Positions 50,235 through 59,199 of a DNA stretch of 64,000 nucleotides are shown one piece after another. This stretch comes from an uncultured Bacteroidales bacterium (GTDB lineage Bacteria > Bacteroidota > Bacteroidia > Bacteroidales > FEN-979), in assembly GCA_903959905.1 (NCBI GenBank), contig CAJBYO010000005.1, positions 148,674 through 212,673 of the forward strand, in the 5' to 3' direction. The notes below the pieces were generated by a model. That model was not told the DNA's origin, searched no databases, and worked only from the letters and a program-made list of their open reading frames with translations. Both the position numbers and the translations under genes were made by a program. The number at the start of each line of letters is the position of its first letter. Position 1 is the stretch's first letter.

Positions 50235-50242
50235 TAAATTTG
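50235..50242 (+). promoter_or_regulatory. Putative -7 promoter box (TAnnTTTG) for asnS
   Basis: TAAATTTG at 50235-50242, 22 nt upstream of the ATG at 50264. Confidence 0.45.
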
Positions 50243-50263
50243 CGGATTCAATAACATATATCC

Positions 50264-51661
50264 ATGGAACATTTAAGAAGAAACAAAATCATTGATTTGC
50301 TGAAATCAAAGGATTTTGGCATTGAAGTTTTAGTCAAAGGCTGGGTCAGGACCAAGAGGGGAAATAAGAACATCAATTTTATCGCGATCAACGACGGATC
50401 AGTGATCCATCAGATCCAGGTTGTGGTGGAAGTGGCAAACTTTCCCGAGGAAGATCTGAAGCTGATCACCACCGGAAGTTGCATTGCCGTGAAAGGCATC
50501 CTTGTGGAATCGATGGGACAAGGTCAGAGCGTTGAAATACAGGCAAAACACATTGAGGTTTACGGCACTGCCGATCCGGAAACATATCCGTTGCAGAAAA
50601 AGGGACACAGCCTTGAATTTCTGCGTGAGATAGCCCATCTCCGGCCACGAACCAATACATTTGGCGCCGTGCTGCGCATTCGCCACGCCATGGCTTATGC
50701 CATTCATAAATATTACAACGACCAGGGATTTTTCTACATACACGCCCCGATTATTACTGGTTCGGATGCAGAGGGAGCCGGTGCCATGTTCCGCGTGACG
50801 ACGCTGGACGACAAGAACCCGCCGCTGCTGCCTGACGGACATGTTGACTATAGCCAGGATTTCTTCGGCAAAGAGACAAAACTGACGGTTAGCGGACAGC
50901 TGGAAGGTGAACTTGGTGCCATGGCACTTTCGCTGGTGTATACTTTCGGCCCAACATTCAGGGCTGAAAACTCAAATACGCCCCGACACCTTGCTGAGTT
51001 CTGGATGATTGAGCCGGAGATGGCCTTCTACGATATCCACGACAACATGGACCTTGCCGAAGACTTCCTGAAGTACCTTATTCAGTATGCGCTTGATCAT
51101 TGTTATGACGATCTTGATTTCCTTAACAACATGTATGACAACGAACTGATTGACCGTTTGAAACAGGTCGTCAGCGGGAAATTTGAACGGTTGTCGTATA
51201 CCGAAGCAGTTGAGATTCTGATGGCATCCGGACAAACCTGGGAGTTCCCGGTTGGATGGGGAACCGACCTCCAGGCGGAGCATGAGCGCTACCTGGTGGA
51301 GAAACATTTTGGCAAACCGGTTATCCTTACCGGCTACCCCAAAGACATCAAGGCGTTCTACATGAAGATGAACGAGGATGGCAAAACCGTGCGTGCCATG
51401 GATGTGTTGTTCCCGAAGATCGGAGAGATCATTGGCGGCAGCCAGCGTGAAGAGAACCTGGACGCCCTGCTGAAAAGGATCCATGAAATGAATATTCCGG
51501 AAAAGGATGTGTGGTGGTACCTCGACACCCGAAAATTCGGAACTGCTCCCCATGCCGGCTTCGGCCTTGGATTTGAACGGTTGATCCTGTTTGTTACCGG
51601 TATGTCAAATATCCGTGATGTGATTCCATTCCCAAGGACGCCGAAGAACGCTGAGTTTTAG
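50264..51661 (+). CDS. asnS: Asparagine--tRNA ligase
   Basis: 465 aa. OB anticodon-binding N-terminus and class IIb core ([36 protein letters not shown]). C-terminal end [10 protein letters not shown]. Confidence 0.95.
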   Translation: MEHLRRNKIIDLLKSKDFGIEVLVKGWVRTKRGNKNINFIAINDGSVIHQIQVVVEVANFPEEDLKLITTGSCIAVKGILVESMGQGQSVEIQAKHIEVYGTADPETYPLQKKGHSLEFLREIAHLRPRTNTFGAVLRIRHAMAYAIHKYYNDQGFFYIHAPIITGSDAEGAGAMFRVTTLDDKNPPLLPDGHVDYSQDFFGKETKLTVSGQLEGELGAMALSLVYTFGPTFRAENSNTPRHLAEFWMIEPEMAFYDIHDNMDLAEDFLKYLIQYALDHCYDDLDFLNNMYDNELIDRLKQVVSGKFERLSYTEAVEILMASGQTWEFPVGWGTDLQAEHERYLVEKHFGKPVILTGYPKDIKAFYMKMNEDGKTVRAMDVLFPKIGEIIGGSQREENLDALLKRIHEMNIPEKDVWWYLDTRKFGTAPHAGFGLGFERLILFVTGMSNIRDVIPFPRTPKNAEF

Positions 51662-51854
51662 GGACGGGTGGACGGGCGGACGAGTGGACTGGCGGACGAG
51701 CGGACAAGCGGACAAGTGAACGGGTAAACAGGGGTGCAAGTGGGCAGGTGAAAAAGCAGGCAGGTGACCAAGTGAACAGGAGAACATAGTTTGATACGCC
51801 GGTAAGCTCGTCCGCTTGTCCGCCAGTCCGCTTGTCCACTTGTCCGCTCGTCCG
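51662..51854. repeat. Octamer word array: 16 in-phase direct units (GGACNNGY-like) + 17-nt spacer + 6 in-phase inverted units
   Basis: Direct units, 51662-51789: ggacgggt ggacgggc ggacgagt ggactggc ggacgagc ggacaagc ggacaagt gaacgggt aaacaggg gtgcaagt gggcaggt gaaaaagc aggcaggt gaccaagt gaacagga gaacatag. Inverted units, 51807-51854: ctcgtccg cttgtccg ccagtccg cttgtcca cttgtccg ctcgtccg. The array starts on the nucleotide after the asnS TAG. Confidence 0.9.
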
Positions 51855-51940
51855 CCACATTTCCGGAACAGAGATTTTTTATCGGAAGAATTAGTCCCTG
51901 TCCCGAATTTTTAGTAATTTAGCCTAAAGAATAACAAGAG

Positions 51941-53686
51941 ATGGATAAGTGCTGGGTGGTTAGGCCCTCGGGGGATCCCGAAAAGGTTAAGGAAATATCG
52001 CAGGTGCTGGGCATTGACCAGTCGCTTGGGAATCTTTTGGTTCAACGGGGCATCACCACGTTTAATGATGCAAAGACCTTCTTCAGGCCATCTCTAGAAG
52101 ACCTTTTTGATCCTTTCCTGATGAAGGATATGGACAAAGCCATCACCCGCATCCGCAAGGCAATTGATTCAAAAGAACGCATCCTCGTATACGGTGATTA
52201 TGATGTGGACGGAACGTCGGCTGTGTCGCTCGTGTATACCTTTTTCCAGGCCTTTCACCCCGATATTGATTTTTATATCCCTGACAGGTATACCGAAGGA
52301 TATGGCATCTCTTTTAACGGGATTGATTTTGCAGCTGAAACAAACGTGAAGCTGATTATAGCCCTTGATTGCGGCATCAAAGCCGTTGAAAAAGTTGCTT
52401 ACGCCACCTCCAAAGGGATTGACTTCATTATCTGCGACCATCATCGCCCGGGAGCCGAAATTCCGGCCGCCGCAGCTGTCCTTGATCCGAAACAGAGTGA
52501 CTGCAACTACCCATATAAAGAGCTTTCAGGTTGCGGTATCGGGTTTAAACTGATACAGGCCTATTCGCAGGAGAATAAACTACCGTTTGACAACCTTATT
52601 CAGTATCTCGACCTGGTTGCCATCAGCATCGCCTCAGATATTGTTGACATCACCGGGGAGAACAGGATCCTGGCCTATTTCGGGCTCAAACTGATCAACA
52701 CGCACCCGCGCCCGGGCCTGGAGGCACTGCTCCGTTATTCTGCCATGATGAAAAATGACGACGGACTTGGCGGCAATGTGTTCATCCGCGAATTAACCAT
52801 TACCGACCTCGTATTCATGATCGGCCCGCGGATCAACGCGGCAGGACGTATTGAGAGCGGGAAAAATTCAGTCAGGCTGTTGATCACCAAAGACCTGGAA
52901 GACGCCAAAAATGTGGCTGTTCAGATCAATGCCCACAATACCGAACGTAAAACGCTTGATTCATCCGCCACACTGCAGGCCATTGGCATGATAGGGGCCG
53001 ATGAACGGCTGAAAAATGCAAGGTCGACGGTGATTTACCATCCCGACTGGCACAAGGGGGTGATTGGCATTGTAGCCTCCCGGCTGACGGAAACATACTA
53101 CCGCCCAACCATCGTGCTGACCTTATCTAACGGTCTTATCACCGGATCGGCCAGAAGTGTGCGTGACTTTGATATATATGAGGCGGTTGACGCCTGCAGC
53201 GACCTCCTTGAACATTTCGGCGGGCATAAGTTTGCTGCAGGATTGTCGCTGAAGCCGGAAAACCTCGCCGCTTTCAGTGAACGCTTTGAATCAGTGGTAA
53301 GCGATCGTTTACAGGGAATTGAACTGGTGCCGGTCCTTGATGTGGATGCTGTTATCTCCCTGCATCATATCAATTCACGTTTTTACGGCATACTGAAGCA
53401 GTTTGCCCCGTTCGGCCCGGGAAACATGGCCCCGCTGTTTATGACCAAAGGGGTGATGGATGCCGGTGGTTCCAGGATCGTAGGGAAAAATCACCTCAAA
53501 CTTTCTGTGGTTCATCCCGACATTGCCGGCGGACCATTTTCTGCCATCGCTTTTCAACAGGGTGAGCGGTACGGGTTGATTGAAAAACAGATACCTTTCA
53601 ATATCTGCTATCATGTGGAGGAAAATGAGTGGAATGGCTCGGTGAACCTGCAACTCAATGTGAAGGATATAAAATTTTCCGATTAA
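51941..53686 (+). CDS. recJ: Single-stranded-DNA-specific exonuclease RecJ
   Basis: DHH motifs: VYGDYDVDGTSA, DCG, ICDHH. DHHA1 region GGHKFAAG. Confidence 0.95.
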   Translation: MDKCWVVRPSGDPEKVKEISQVLGIDQSLGNLLVQRGITTFNDAKTFFRPSLEDLFDPFLMKDMDKAITRIRKAIDSKERILVYGDYDVDGTSAVSLVYTFFQAFHPDIDFYIPDRYTEGYGISFNGIDFAAETNVKLIIALDCGIKAVEKVAYATSKGIDFIICDHHRPGAEIPAAAAVLDPKQSDCNYPYKELSGCGIGFKLIQAYSQENKLPFDNLIQYLDLVAISIASDIVDITGENRILAYFGLKLINTHPRPGLEALLRYSAMMKNDDGLGGNVFIRELTITDLVFMIGPRINAAGRIESGKNSVRLLITKDLEDAKNVAVQINAHNTERKTLDSSATLQAIGMIGADERLKNARSTVIYHPDWHKGVIGIVASRLTETYYRPTIVLTLSNGLITGSARSVRDFDIYEAVDACSDLLEHFGGHKFAAGLSLKPENLAAFSERFESVVSDRLQGIELVPVLDVDAVISLHHINSRFYGILKQFAPFGPGNMAPLFMTKGVMDAGGSRIVGKNHLKLSVVHPDIAGGPFSAIAFQQGERYGLIEKQIPFNICYHVEENEWNGSVNLQLNVKDIKFSD

Positions 53687-54705
53687 CGTGTCTCTTTTCC
53701 GAAGCAGACATCCATCCGTCGTGCTTTCTCAATCAGCGGATGATCTTCAGGAACCAGCCTTAATTTTCCCCCGACTTCTGCCAGCGGGACAGAAGTAACA
53801 GTATCGCCTCTGAGGGCGACCATTTCACCGAATCTTTTCCGTGCAATCAGTTCAACAGCAAAGGCACCATAGCGCGTTGCAAGGACCCTGTCCATGGGAG
53901 AAGGGCTTCCCCCGCGCTGAATATATCCAAGAATGGTCTCCCTTGTTTCAAGGCCGGTTAATTCCTTGATACTGTTAGCCACATAATGGCCTGCTGATTC
54001 CCCTTTGGGAGTGGGAATGCCTTCGGCCACCACGACGATGGAATAGGGCTTTTTATTCACGGCACGTTTTTTCAGGCACCTGGCCACCACGTTGATGTCA
54101 AAGTTTATCTCCGGAAGCAGGATAACGTCACCTCCGCTGGCCATCCCTGAATAGAGGGCAAGCCAGCCGGCATGATGTCCCATCACCTCTATGACCATAA
54201 TTCGTTTATGGCTGTTGGCAGTGGTATGCAGACGGTCAATGGCTTCGGTGGCAATCCAGAGAGCGGAGTCAAAACCAAAGGTTACATCGGTACCGTAAAC
54301 GTCATTGTCAATGGTTTTTGGGATGCCGATCACATTCAGCCCGACTTCTGCGAGGAGGGCTGCTGTGCGTTGGGTGCCATTGCCTCCGATACATACCAGG
54401 GCGTCAAGGCCGAGTTCCTGGTAATGTTTTTTGATCAGCTTTGGCTTGTCAATCGCATTGAAGGTGCTGCTTTTTTTAAAGGGGTTTTCCCTGGAGGTGC
54501 CGAGGATGGTGCCGCCGAGGGTGAGGATACCCGAAAGTACGTTCTCATCAAGTTGCACGTATTCTTCGTTGATCAGGCCGAGGAATCCGGAAGAGATGCC
54601 GATAACCTCCATGTTGTATTCAAGGATGGCGGTTTTACCGACTCCCCTGATGGCTGCATTGATCCCGGGGCAATCGCCTCCGGCAGTTAAAATGCCAATT
54701 CGCAT
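53683..54705 (-). CDS. pfkA: ATP-dependent 6-phosphofructokinase
   Basis: MRIGILTAGGDCPGINAAIRGV, IGGNGT, PKTIDND, MGHHAGW. Its stop codon shares the tetranucleotide TTAA (53683-53686) with the recJ stop. Confidence 0.9.
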   Translation of the reverse strand: MRIGILTAGGDCPGINAAIRGVGKTAILEYNMEVIGISSGFLGLINEEYVQLDENVLSGILTLGGTILGTSRENPFKKSSTFNAIDKPKLIKKHYQELGLDALVCIGGNGTQRTAALLAEVGLNVIGIPKTIDNDVYGTDVTFGFDSALWIATEAIDRLHTTANSHKRIMVIEVMGHHAGWLALYSGMASGGDVILLPEINFDINVVARCLKKRAVNKKPYSIVVVAEGIPTPKGESAGHYVANSIKELTGLETRETILGYIQRGGSPSPMDRVLATRYGAFAVELIARKRFGEMVALRGDTVTSVPLAEVGGKLRLVPEDHPLIEKARRMDVCFGKETR

Positions 54706-54715
54706 AAGAATGGAA

Positions 54716-55615
54716 TTATTTCAAATCAAATGAACCGGTGCCGATTTCCTTGTCATCGGCAAACACCGTGACAATATATTTCCCTTTCATGGCGGGTTTG
54801 TCGTTGTCTTTCTTGGTCCAGTTTACGCAAACATTAAGTGCTTTCCCCTGGTAGTCAATATCTTCCCTGAGTGAATATGGCAGCGTTTGCCCGTTAAAAT
54901 CAAAGGTGTCGTACTTGCTTTTGATGACAACAATATTATCGGGGCGTACTAAACGGATGTAGATGTTCTTTTTTCCGGTGGGCACAAGGGGGTTGTCGCC
55001 GATGGTAAAGCAAACCCTGATCCTGTCGGTCCGGCTTGCCTTATCTGTGACTTGTTCCTTTGAGCCGCCGGATTTAAGTTTCAGCGGGGTGGCTGTAACG
55101 TCGTAGGCTTTGATGAAGGCGGCCTGGTTCATCTTTTCTTTCAGTTCTTCCTTGTCCTTCATCAGCGACTGGTTCCGGTTTTGCTCGGTTTTCACTACCT
55201 GGCGGATCCGGTCGTTTTCGGCTGTGAGTTCACGGTTCACCGTATAAAGTGAATCCATCTGGTGGACATAACCCTGGGCTACCTTCTGCAGGCGCTCAAA
55301 TTTCTTATGGATAGTGTTGTAATCCCATTGATTATCCAGCAGTTTTTTGATTTCCAGCGCATTCACCTGGATAAGACTGTCCTTGACTTTCAACGTGTCG
55401 GATAAGGCACCATAGGCTGCCTTGATCTTGTTGTGTTCAGACATCAGTGAGTCAAGATTGTGCTGAAGCGCGAGTTTCTCGGTTTCTTTTTCTTTTACCA
55501 GTTTCATCATTTGTGACCGCTGGATGAAAAGCCAGAAAAGAAGAACCAGTAAAAGGAGGGCCAGAATTGCAAGGTAAATCTTGTAGTTGCGGGATGAAGA
55601 GTTTTGATCTTCCAT
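54716..55615 (-). CDS. Hypothetical membrane-anchored coiled-coil protein with C-terminal beta domain
   Basis: One N-terminal TM (IYLAILALLLLVLLFWLFI), ~130 aa of heptad-like helix, then a ~110-aa beta-rich C-terminus. No family recognised. Confidence 0.5.
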   Translation of the reverse strand: MEDQNSSSRNYKIYLAILALLLLVLLFWLFIQRSQMMKLVKEKETEKLALQHNLDSLMSEHNKIKAAYGALSDTLKVKDSLIQVNALEIKKLLDNQWDYNTIHKKFERLQKVAQGYVHQMDSLYTVNRELTAENDRIRQVVKTEQNRNQSLMKDKEELKEKMNQAAFIKAYDVTATPLKLKSGGSKEQVTDKASRTDRIRVCFTIGDNPLVPTGKKNIYIRLVRPDNIVVIKSKYDTFDFNGQTLPYSLREDIDYQGKALNVCVNWTKKDNDKPAMKGKYIVTVFADDKEIGTGSFDLK

Positions 55616-55650
55616 GTGAAAGTTAATTTTCCTGAATTAAGGCGCAAAGA

Positions 55651-55692
55651 TAAAACAAAAAGAGGATTCTGCCGTGGGCAAATCCTCTTTTT
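55651..55692 (-). terminator. Rho-independent terminator for the C69 peptidase gene
   Basis: A 12-bp perfect stem aaaaagaggatt (55657-68) / aatcctcttttt (55681-92), extendable by tgcc/ggca. On the minus strand the stem is followed by tttttgtttta. Confidence 0.7.
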
Positions 55693-55704
55693 GAATAATT
55701 GTCT

Positions 55705-55749
55705 GCATTGCTTACATTGCGTGCATTGCTTACATTGCGTGCATTCGGT
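55705..55749. repeat. Tandem nonamer word array (5 units, or 2.5 x 18 nt), 1 nt after a minus-strand stop codon
   Basis: gcattgctt acattgcgt gcattgctt acattgcgt gcattcggt. No inverted arm. It lies between the C69 stop (55751-53) and the terminator hairpin. Confidence 0.85.
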
Positions 55750-55750
55750 T

Positions 55751-57427
55751 CTAGTGTCCCGACGCCCCAACCTGCTTGATCACATCGCCATGCTGTTTCA
55801 CGATCTCTTTCAGCCACCATTCGGGATAACCGGGTTGTGAAGGCATTACCGGCGTGTTGTAAGGATTGGTTTCAAATTTTCCATCTTTTTCCTTCTTGAT
55901 GTTTCCGTCAATATATTTCACCAACAGGTACTGATAGAGTTCCTGCCAGCGCTTTACAGTTGCCTGGCCGGTATTGACAGAATAATCTGTCAGATATTTT
56001 ACAGCAGCTTCCTTGTCATTCTTTAAAAGTTCTGCAGCTTTTTTATCCATGAGGGCAGTTTCGGCAACATATTTCTGTTCCAGTTCAGACTGAACAGGCT
56101 GAATATCTTTGATCATGTAGTTGTACTTTGTATAGGCCCAGTTGGAAACCATGCTGAATGTCCAGAAAGCGGAGGTGGGAGAAAAATGAAGCATGTCGCC
56201 GTTGCCGACTTTGTAGGCTTCCGGGATAGTCGTCATACAGGTATACATTGGAGAATATACCATGGTGTAGGTGTCGTCCACACCAAACCAGAGAATTCCT
56301 CCGATAGGATCAGGCATCCAGCTGCGTGACTGGGCAACAAAGACAAAACCTGTTTGCTGGGTGGAGGTGGCGCGTTCATGCACATAGGCAATACTGTCTA
56401 CTTTCAGTGTCATCGGGCGCCAGCGGTAAGGGCATTCAAACGGACCGGCGCCGATATCTTTGGTCATGTCCATTTTGGTTCCTTCATAATGGTCGCGCAT
56501 GAGGTTCATCACGTCAATAGCGCTGATCTTTTTATCCGGTTTAATCCACAATGGCATGCGGTTGGTGGTATATCCCCAGTTTCCTTTGGTGAGGTGGCCC
56601 ATGGCGTAGTCCTGGTATTGCCCCATGTTTGAATTCACCCTGTTGAACATGGACCAGACGCGGGCTTCGCAGGCACGGGCACCGCTGAAGGAAACCGGTG
56701 CATAGGTGTCGGAAAAACTGAACTCAGCATCTTTGCCGTCAAAATAGCCTTTTGAACGGGCGAACGTGATAACATCCTTTGCATAGATGCAATTTTCAGG
56801 ATCGTTCAGTGGGAAAGTGGTGATACGGGCCTGGTTTGCATGTCCGCATACATATCCGTCTGGGATGCGCAGGGCGACCCATACAGCACCAACCTGGCCT
56901 TCGCCTTTGCCAATCATTTCCAGGATCCATGCTTCATTCGGATCAGAAATGGAGAATGATTCGCCTTCGCTGGCATATCCGTATTTTTCGGTCAGTTCAC
57001 CAAAAACCTTGATGGCTTCACGCGCATTTTTAGCACGCTGAAGTGTGATGTAAATGAGGGAACCGTAATCAACGATGGCACCTTTCTGGGTGAACAGCTC
57101 TTCCCGTCCGCCAAATGTGGTTTCTCCGATTGCCAGCTGAAATTCGTTCATATTGCCGACAACATTGTAGGTGTGATTCACCTGGGGAATCTTGCCAAGC
57201 GGTTTCCCGGTGTCCCATTCCGTAACATCCAGCATGGAACCTGCAGGCCAGTCGCGGGCGGGCCAGTAGTATAATTCGCCATAAAGTGTGTGAGAATCAG
57301 CAGAATAGGTGATCATCACAGAACCATCAGTTGTGGATCCTTTGGTAAAGATAAAGTTCGTACAGGCGATGGAGTGGTAGCTGAAACCCGCAAGTAACAG
57401 CAACAGGCTAAACAGGGTTTTACGCAT
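55751..57427 (-). CDS. Peptidase family C69 dipeptidase (secreted)
   Basis: Signal peptide, then the N-terminal nucleophile context SIACTNFIFTKGSTTDGS. The 558-aa length is typical of C69. Confidence 0.8.
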   Translation of the reverse strand: MRKTLFSLLLLLAGFSYHSIACTNFIFTKGSTTDGSVMITYSADSHTLYGELYYWPARDWPAGSMLDVTEWDTGKPLGKIPQVNHTYNVVGNMNEFQLAIGETTFGGREELFTQKGAIVDYGSLIYITLQRAKNAREAIKVFGELTEKYGYASEGESFSISDPNEAWILEMIGKGEGQVGAVWVALRIPDGYVCGHANQARITTFPLNDPENCIYAKDVITFARSKGYFDGKDAEFSFSDTYAPVSFSGARACEARVWSMFNRVNSNMGQYQDYAMGHLTKGNWGYTTNRMPLWIKPDKKISAIDVMNLMRDHYEGTKMDMTKDIGAGPFECPYRWRPMTLKVDSIAYVHERATSTQQTGFVFVAQSRSWMPDPIGGILWFGVDDTYTMVYSPMYTCMTTIPEAYKVGNGDMLHFSPTSAFWTFSMVSNWAYTKYNYMIKDIQPVQSELEQKYVAETALMDKKAAELLKNDKEAAVKYLTDYSVNTGQATVKRWQELYQYLLVKYIDGNIKKEKDGKFETNPYNTPVMPSQPGYPEWWLKEIVKQHGDVIKQVGASGH

Positions 57428-57461
57428 AAGGGAGTGTTTATGGAGTTATGGTTATGATTAA

Positions 57462-57510
57462 AGCTGTTAGCTGTTAGCTGTTAGCATTCAGCATTCAGCA
57501 TTCAGCATTT
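57462..57510. repeat. Tandem heptamer word array with a word switch: AGCTGTT x3 then AGCATTC x3 (+AGCATTT)
   Basis: agctgtt agctgtt agctgtt agcattc agcattc agcattc agcattt, strict 7-nt phase. It lies between the C69 ATG (57427) and its putative -7 box (57529-36), so it is probably in the 5' leader. Confidence 0.9.
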
Positions 57511-57528
57511 TGCTTTAGTTTCATTTTT

Positions 57529-57536
57529 CAAAATTA
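57529..57536 (-). promoter_or_regulatory. Putative -7 promoter box (TAnnTTTG on minus strand) for the C69 peptidase gene
   Basis: The plus strand reads caaaatta, which is TAATTTTG on the minus strand, ~100 nt upstream of the ATG at 57427. Confidence 0.3.
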
Positions 57537-57622
57537 CAAAAATTTTCCTGACCATCATGCTCCCCTCCGACGGCAGAATATCCTGTCGTATCTCCTGCAG
57601 ATGAATAATAGCGGAAAAACAG

Positions 57623-57630
57623 TAACTTTG
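57623..57630 (+). promoter_or_regulatory. Putative -7 promoter box (TAnnTTTG)
   Basis: TAACTTTG at 57623-57630, 23 nt upstream of the ATG at 57653. Confidence 0.45.
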
Positions 57631-57652
57631 TAATGTCGTTGACGCATACCAT

Positions 57653-58420
57653 ATGAAAAAGACAACTTTATTTTTGTTCTTGCAATTCACTTTTGTGGTG
57701 GTTTTTGCACAAAATTCCGCCCCGGATCCAGCTAATCCTGTTAACCACCGCATGGGGCTGGAAGCATCAGCAGGCTATTCTGTGGCACTCGGGGCCTATT
57801 CCTCACATGACAATGGGAATGAAAAGTCCGGTTATGCTCATAATGGCTGGCAGATGCAGGTCACCTTTGACTGGATGGGGAAAAAGGATTTTGGCATGGC
57901 CCTGCAGTATACCTTTCAGCGAAACCAGGTAAATGGTCTGTGCAACCTTATTTATCCGAATGGAACGCCCGATACAACGGTTACAAATCCCTGGTCAAAC
58001 CATTACCTGATGGCAGGGCCGGTATTTATGAAGGCCCTCGGGAAACTGCACCTGGATGCCAAACTTTTAGGAGGTGTAATCGTTTCTTCAGGATCCGGTT
58101 TTGACACACGGAATCCGACCGATACGGCAGTGATCAGCTACAGCAAGAATATTGCCACCGGTTTCGGGTTTCAGCTTTCGGGCGGTGTTGGCTATAACTT
58201 CACCCGTCATTTTGCACTCAAATTCAACCTGGCATTGCTTGGCGGCTGGCCTGGGAAGAACAGGCAATATCCGTCACAACTTGTGGGTACCGCTTTTTAT
58301 AAGGATCCTGTTACCGGAATTGAATATCAAAAACCTATCTATTCAGCTCCTGTGGAGTATGATATTAAGAAAGTCGTGATGACCCTGAACCCTTCACTTG
58401 GGGTTGTATTCAGGTTCTAA
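57653..58420 (+). CDS. Outer-membrane beta-barrel protein (porin-family-like)
   Basis: Signal peptide MKKTTLFLFLQFTFVVVFAQ, alternating amphipathic beta-strand pattern, C-terminal ..GVVFRF. Confidence 0.6.
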   Translation: MKKTTLFLFLQFTFVVVFAQNSAPDPANPVNHRMGLEASAGYSVALGAYSSHDNGNEKSGYAHNGWQMQVTFDWMGKKDFGMALQYTFQRNQVNGLCNLIYPNGTPDTTVTNPWSNHYLMAGPVFMKALGKLHLDAKLLGGVIVSSGSGFDTRNPTDTAVISYSKNIATGFGFQLSGGVGYNFTRHFALKFNLALLGGWPGKNRQYPSQLVGTAFYKDPVTGIEYQKPIYSAPVEYDIKKVVMTLNPSLGVVFRF

Positions 58421-58437
58421 TTTTATAACTGCTGCTC

Positions 58438-59199
58438 ATGTTCCGTAAAACGCTGACTATTATTTCTGCCCTGTTGCTCACGGTTTCATCCCTGTTTGCA
58501 CAGCTGAACATCCATGACTCCATCATTTCCACCCCGCTCATCTATGCCACCTACAGCTACCAGTTTCCGGGAGGTGACCTGGCAAAGCAGTTTGGAAGCA
58601 ACTCTAGCATCGGCGGCGGACTGTTGTTTAAAACCCGGCACAACTGGCTGTTCGGGGCAGAAGGAAATTTCATGTTCGGGCAATCCGTTAAAAACAGCGA
58701 CTCCCTGCTGAAATCCATCACCACGCATGAGGGCTTTGTCATCGACGCCAACGGGTATTATGCCGATCTTGTCTATTATGAACGGGGATTCAGTTTCCTT
58801 GTGAAGTTCGGGAAGGTGATCCCGTTACTCGCCCCGAACCCCAACTGCGGATTTACTTTGATTGCCGGAGCTGGCTATATCCAGGATAAAATTCGCATTC
58901 ATAATCCCGGAAATACTGCACCGCAGCTGCTGGGGGATTATAAGAAAGGCTATGACCGGTTAAACGGTGGAATCGTGGCTACCGGTTCGCTTTCATACAT
59001 GTACCTGAGCAACACCCGCCTGCTGAACTTTTCTGTCGGATTTGAATTCATGCAGGCGTGGACCAACCCCTATCGTGAAATTGATTTCGGCACCGGACTG
59101 AAGGACACCGGGAAACTGAGCAGCCAGTTTTATGGGATAAAAGTGTGCTGGATCATTCCATTGTATAAGAGGATGCCGAAGGAGTTCTATCTGTACTAA
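58438..59199 (+). CDS. Putative outer-membrane beta-barrel protein
   Basis: Signal peptide MFRKTLTIISALLLTVSSLFAQ and Gly/aromatic-rich alternating strands. Tandem to the preceding OMP gene. Confidence 0.5.
   Translation: MFRKTLTIISALLLTVSSLFAQLNIHDSIISTPLIYATYSYQFPGGDLAKQFGSNSSIGGGLLFKTRHNWLFGAEGNFMFGQSVKNSDSLLKSITTHEGFVIDANGYYADLVYYERGFSFLVKFGKVIPLLAPNPNCGFTLIAGAGYIQDKIRIHNPGNTAPQLLGDYKKGYDRLNGGIVATGSLSYMYLSNTRLLNFSVGFEFMQAWTNPYREIDFGTGLKDTGKLSSQFYGIKVCWIIPLYKRMPKEFYLY

Noticed and set aside
51662-51854. Possibility that the tandem arrays (this one and those at 44379, 55705, 57462 and 59200) are CRISPR arrays
   Set aside because: The units are 7-9 nt and directly abut one another without unique spacers. 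There are no cas genes in the window.
51594-51860. Three overlapping minus-strand ORFs (88, 60 and 66 aa) with repetitive P/V/H/S/R-rich translations
   Set aside because: They are by-products of the octamer word array between asnS and recJ. The 8-nt periodicity is incompatible with a selected reading frame.
55604-55840. 78-aa ORF containing CLHCLHCVHCLHCVH, superficially a Cys/His metal-binding or RiPP-like peptide; also 55623-55820 with NARNVSNARNVSNA
   Set aside because: The repeats arise from translating the 9-nt tandem array in two frames. The ORFs also run across a terminator hairpin and into the neighbouring genes.
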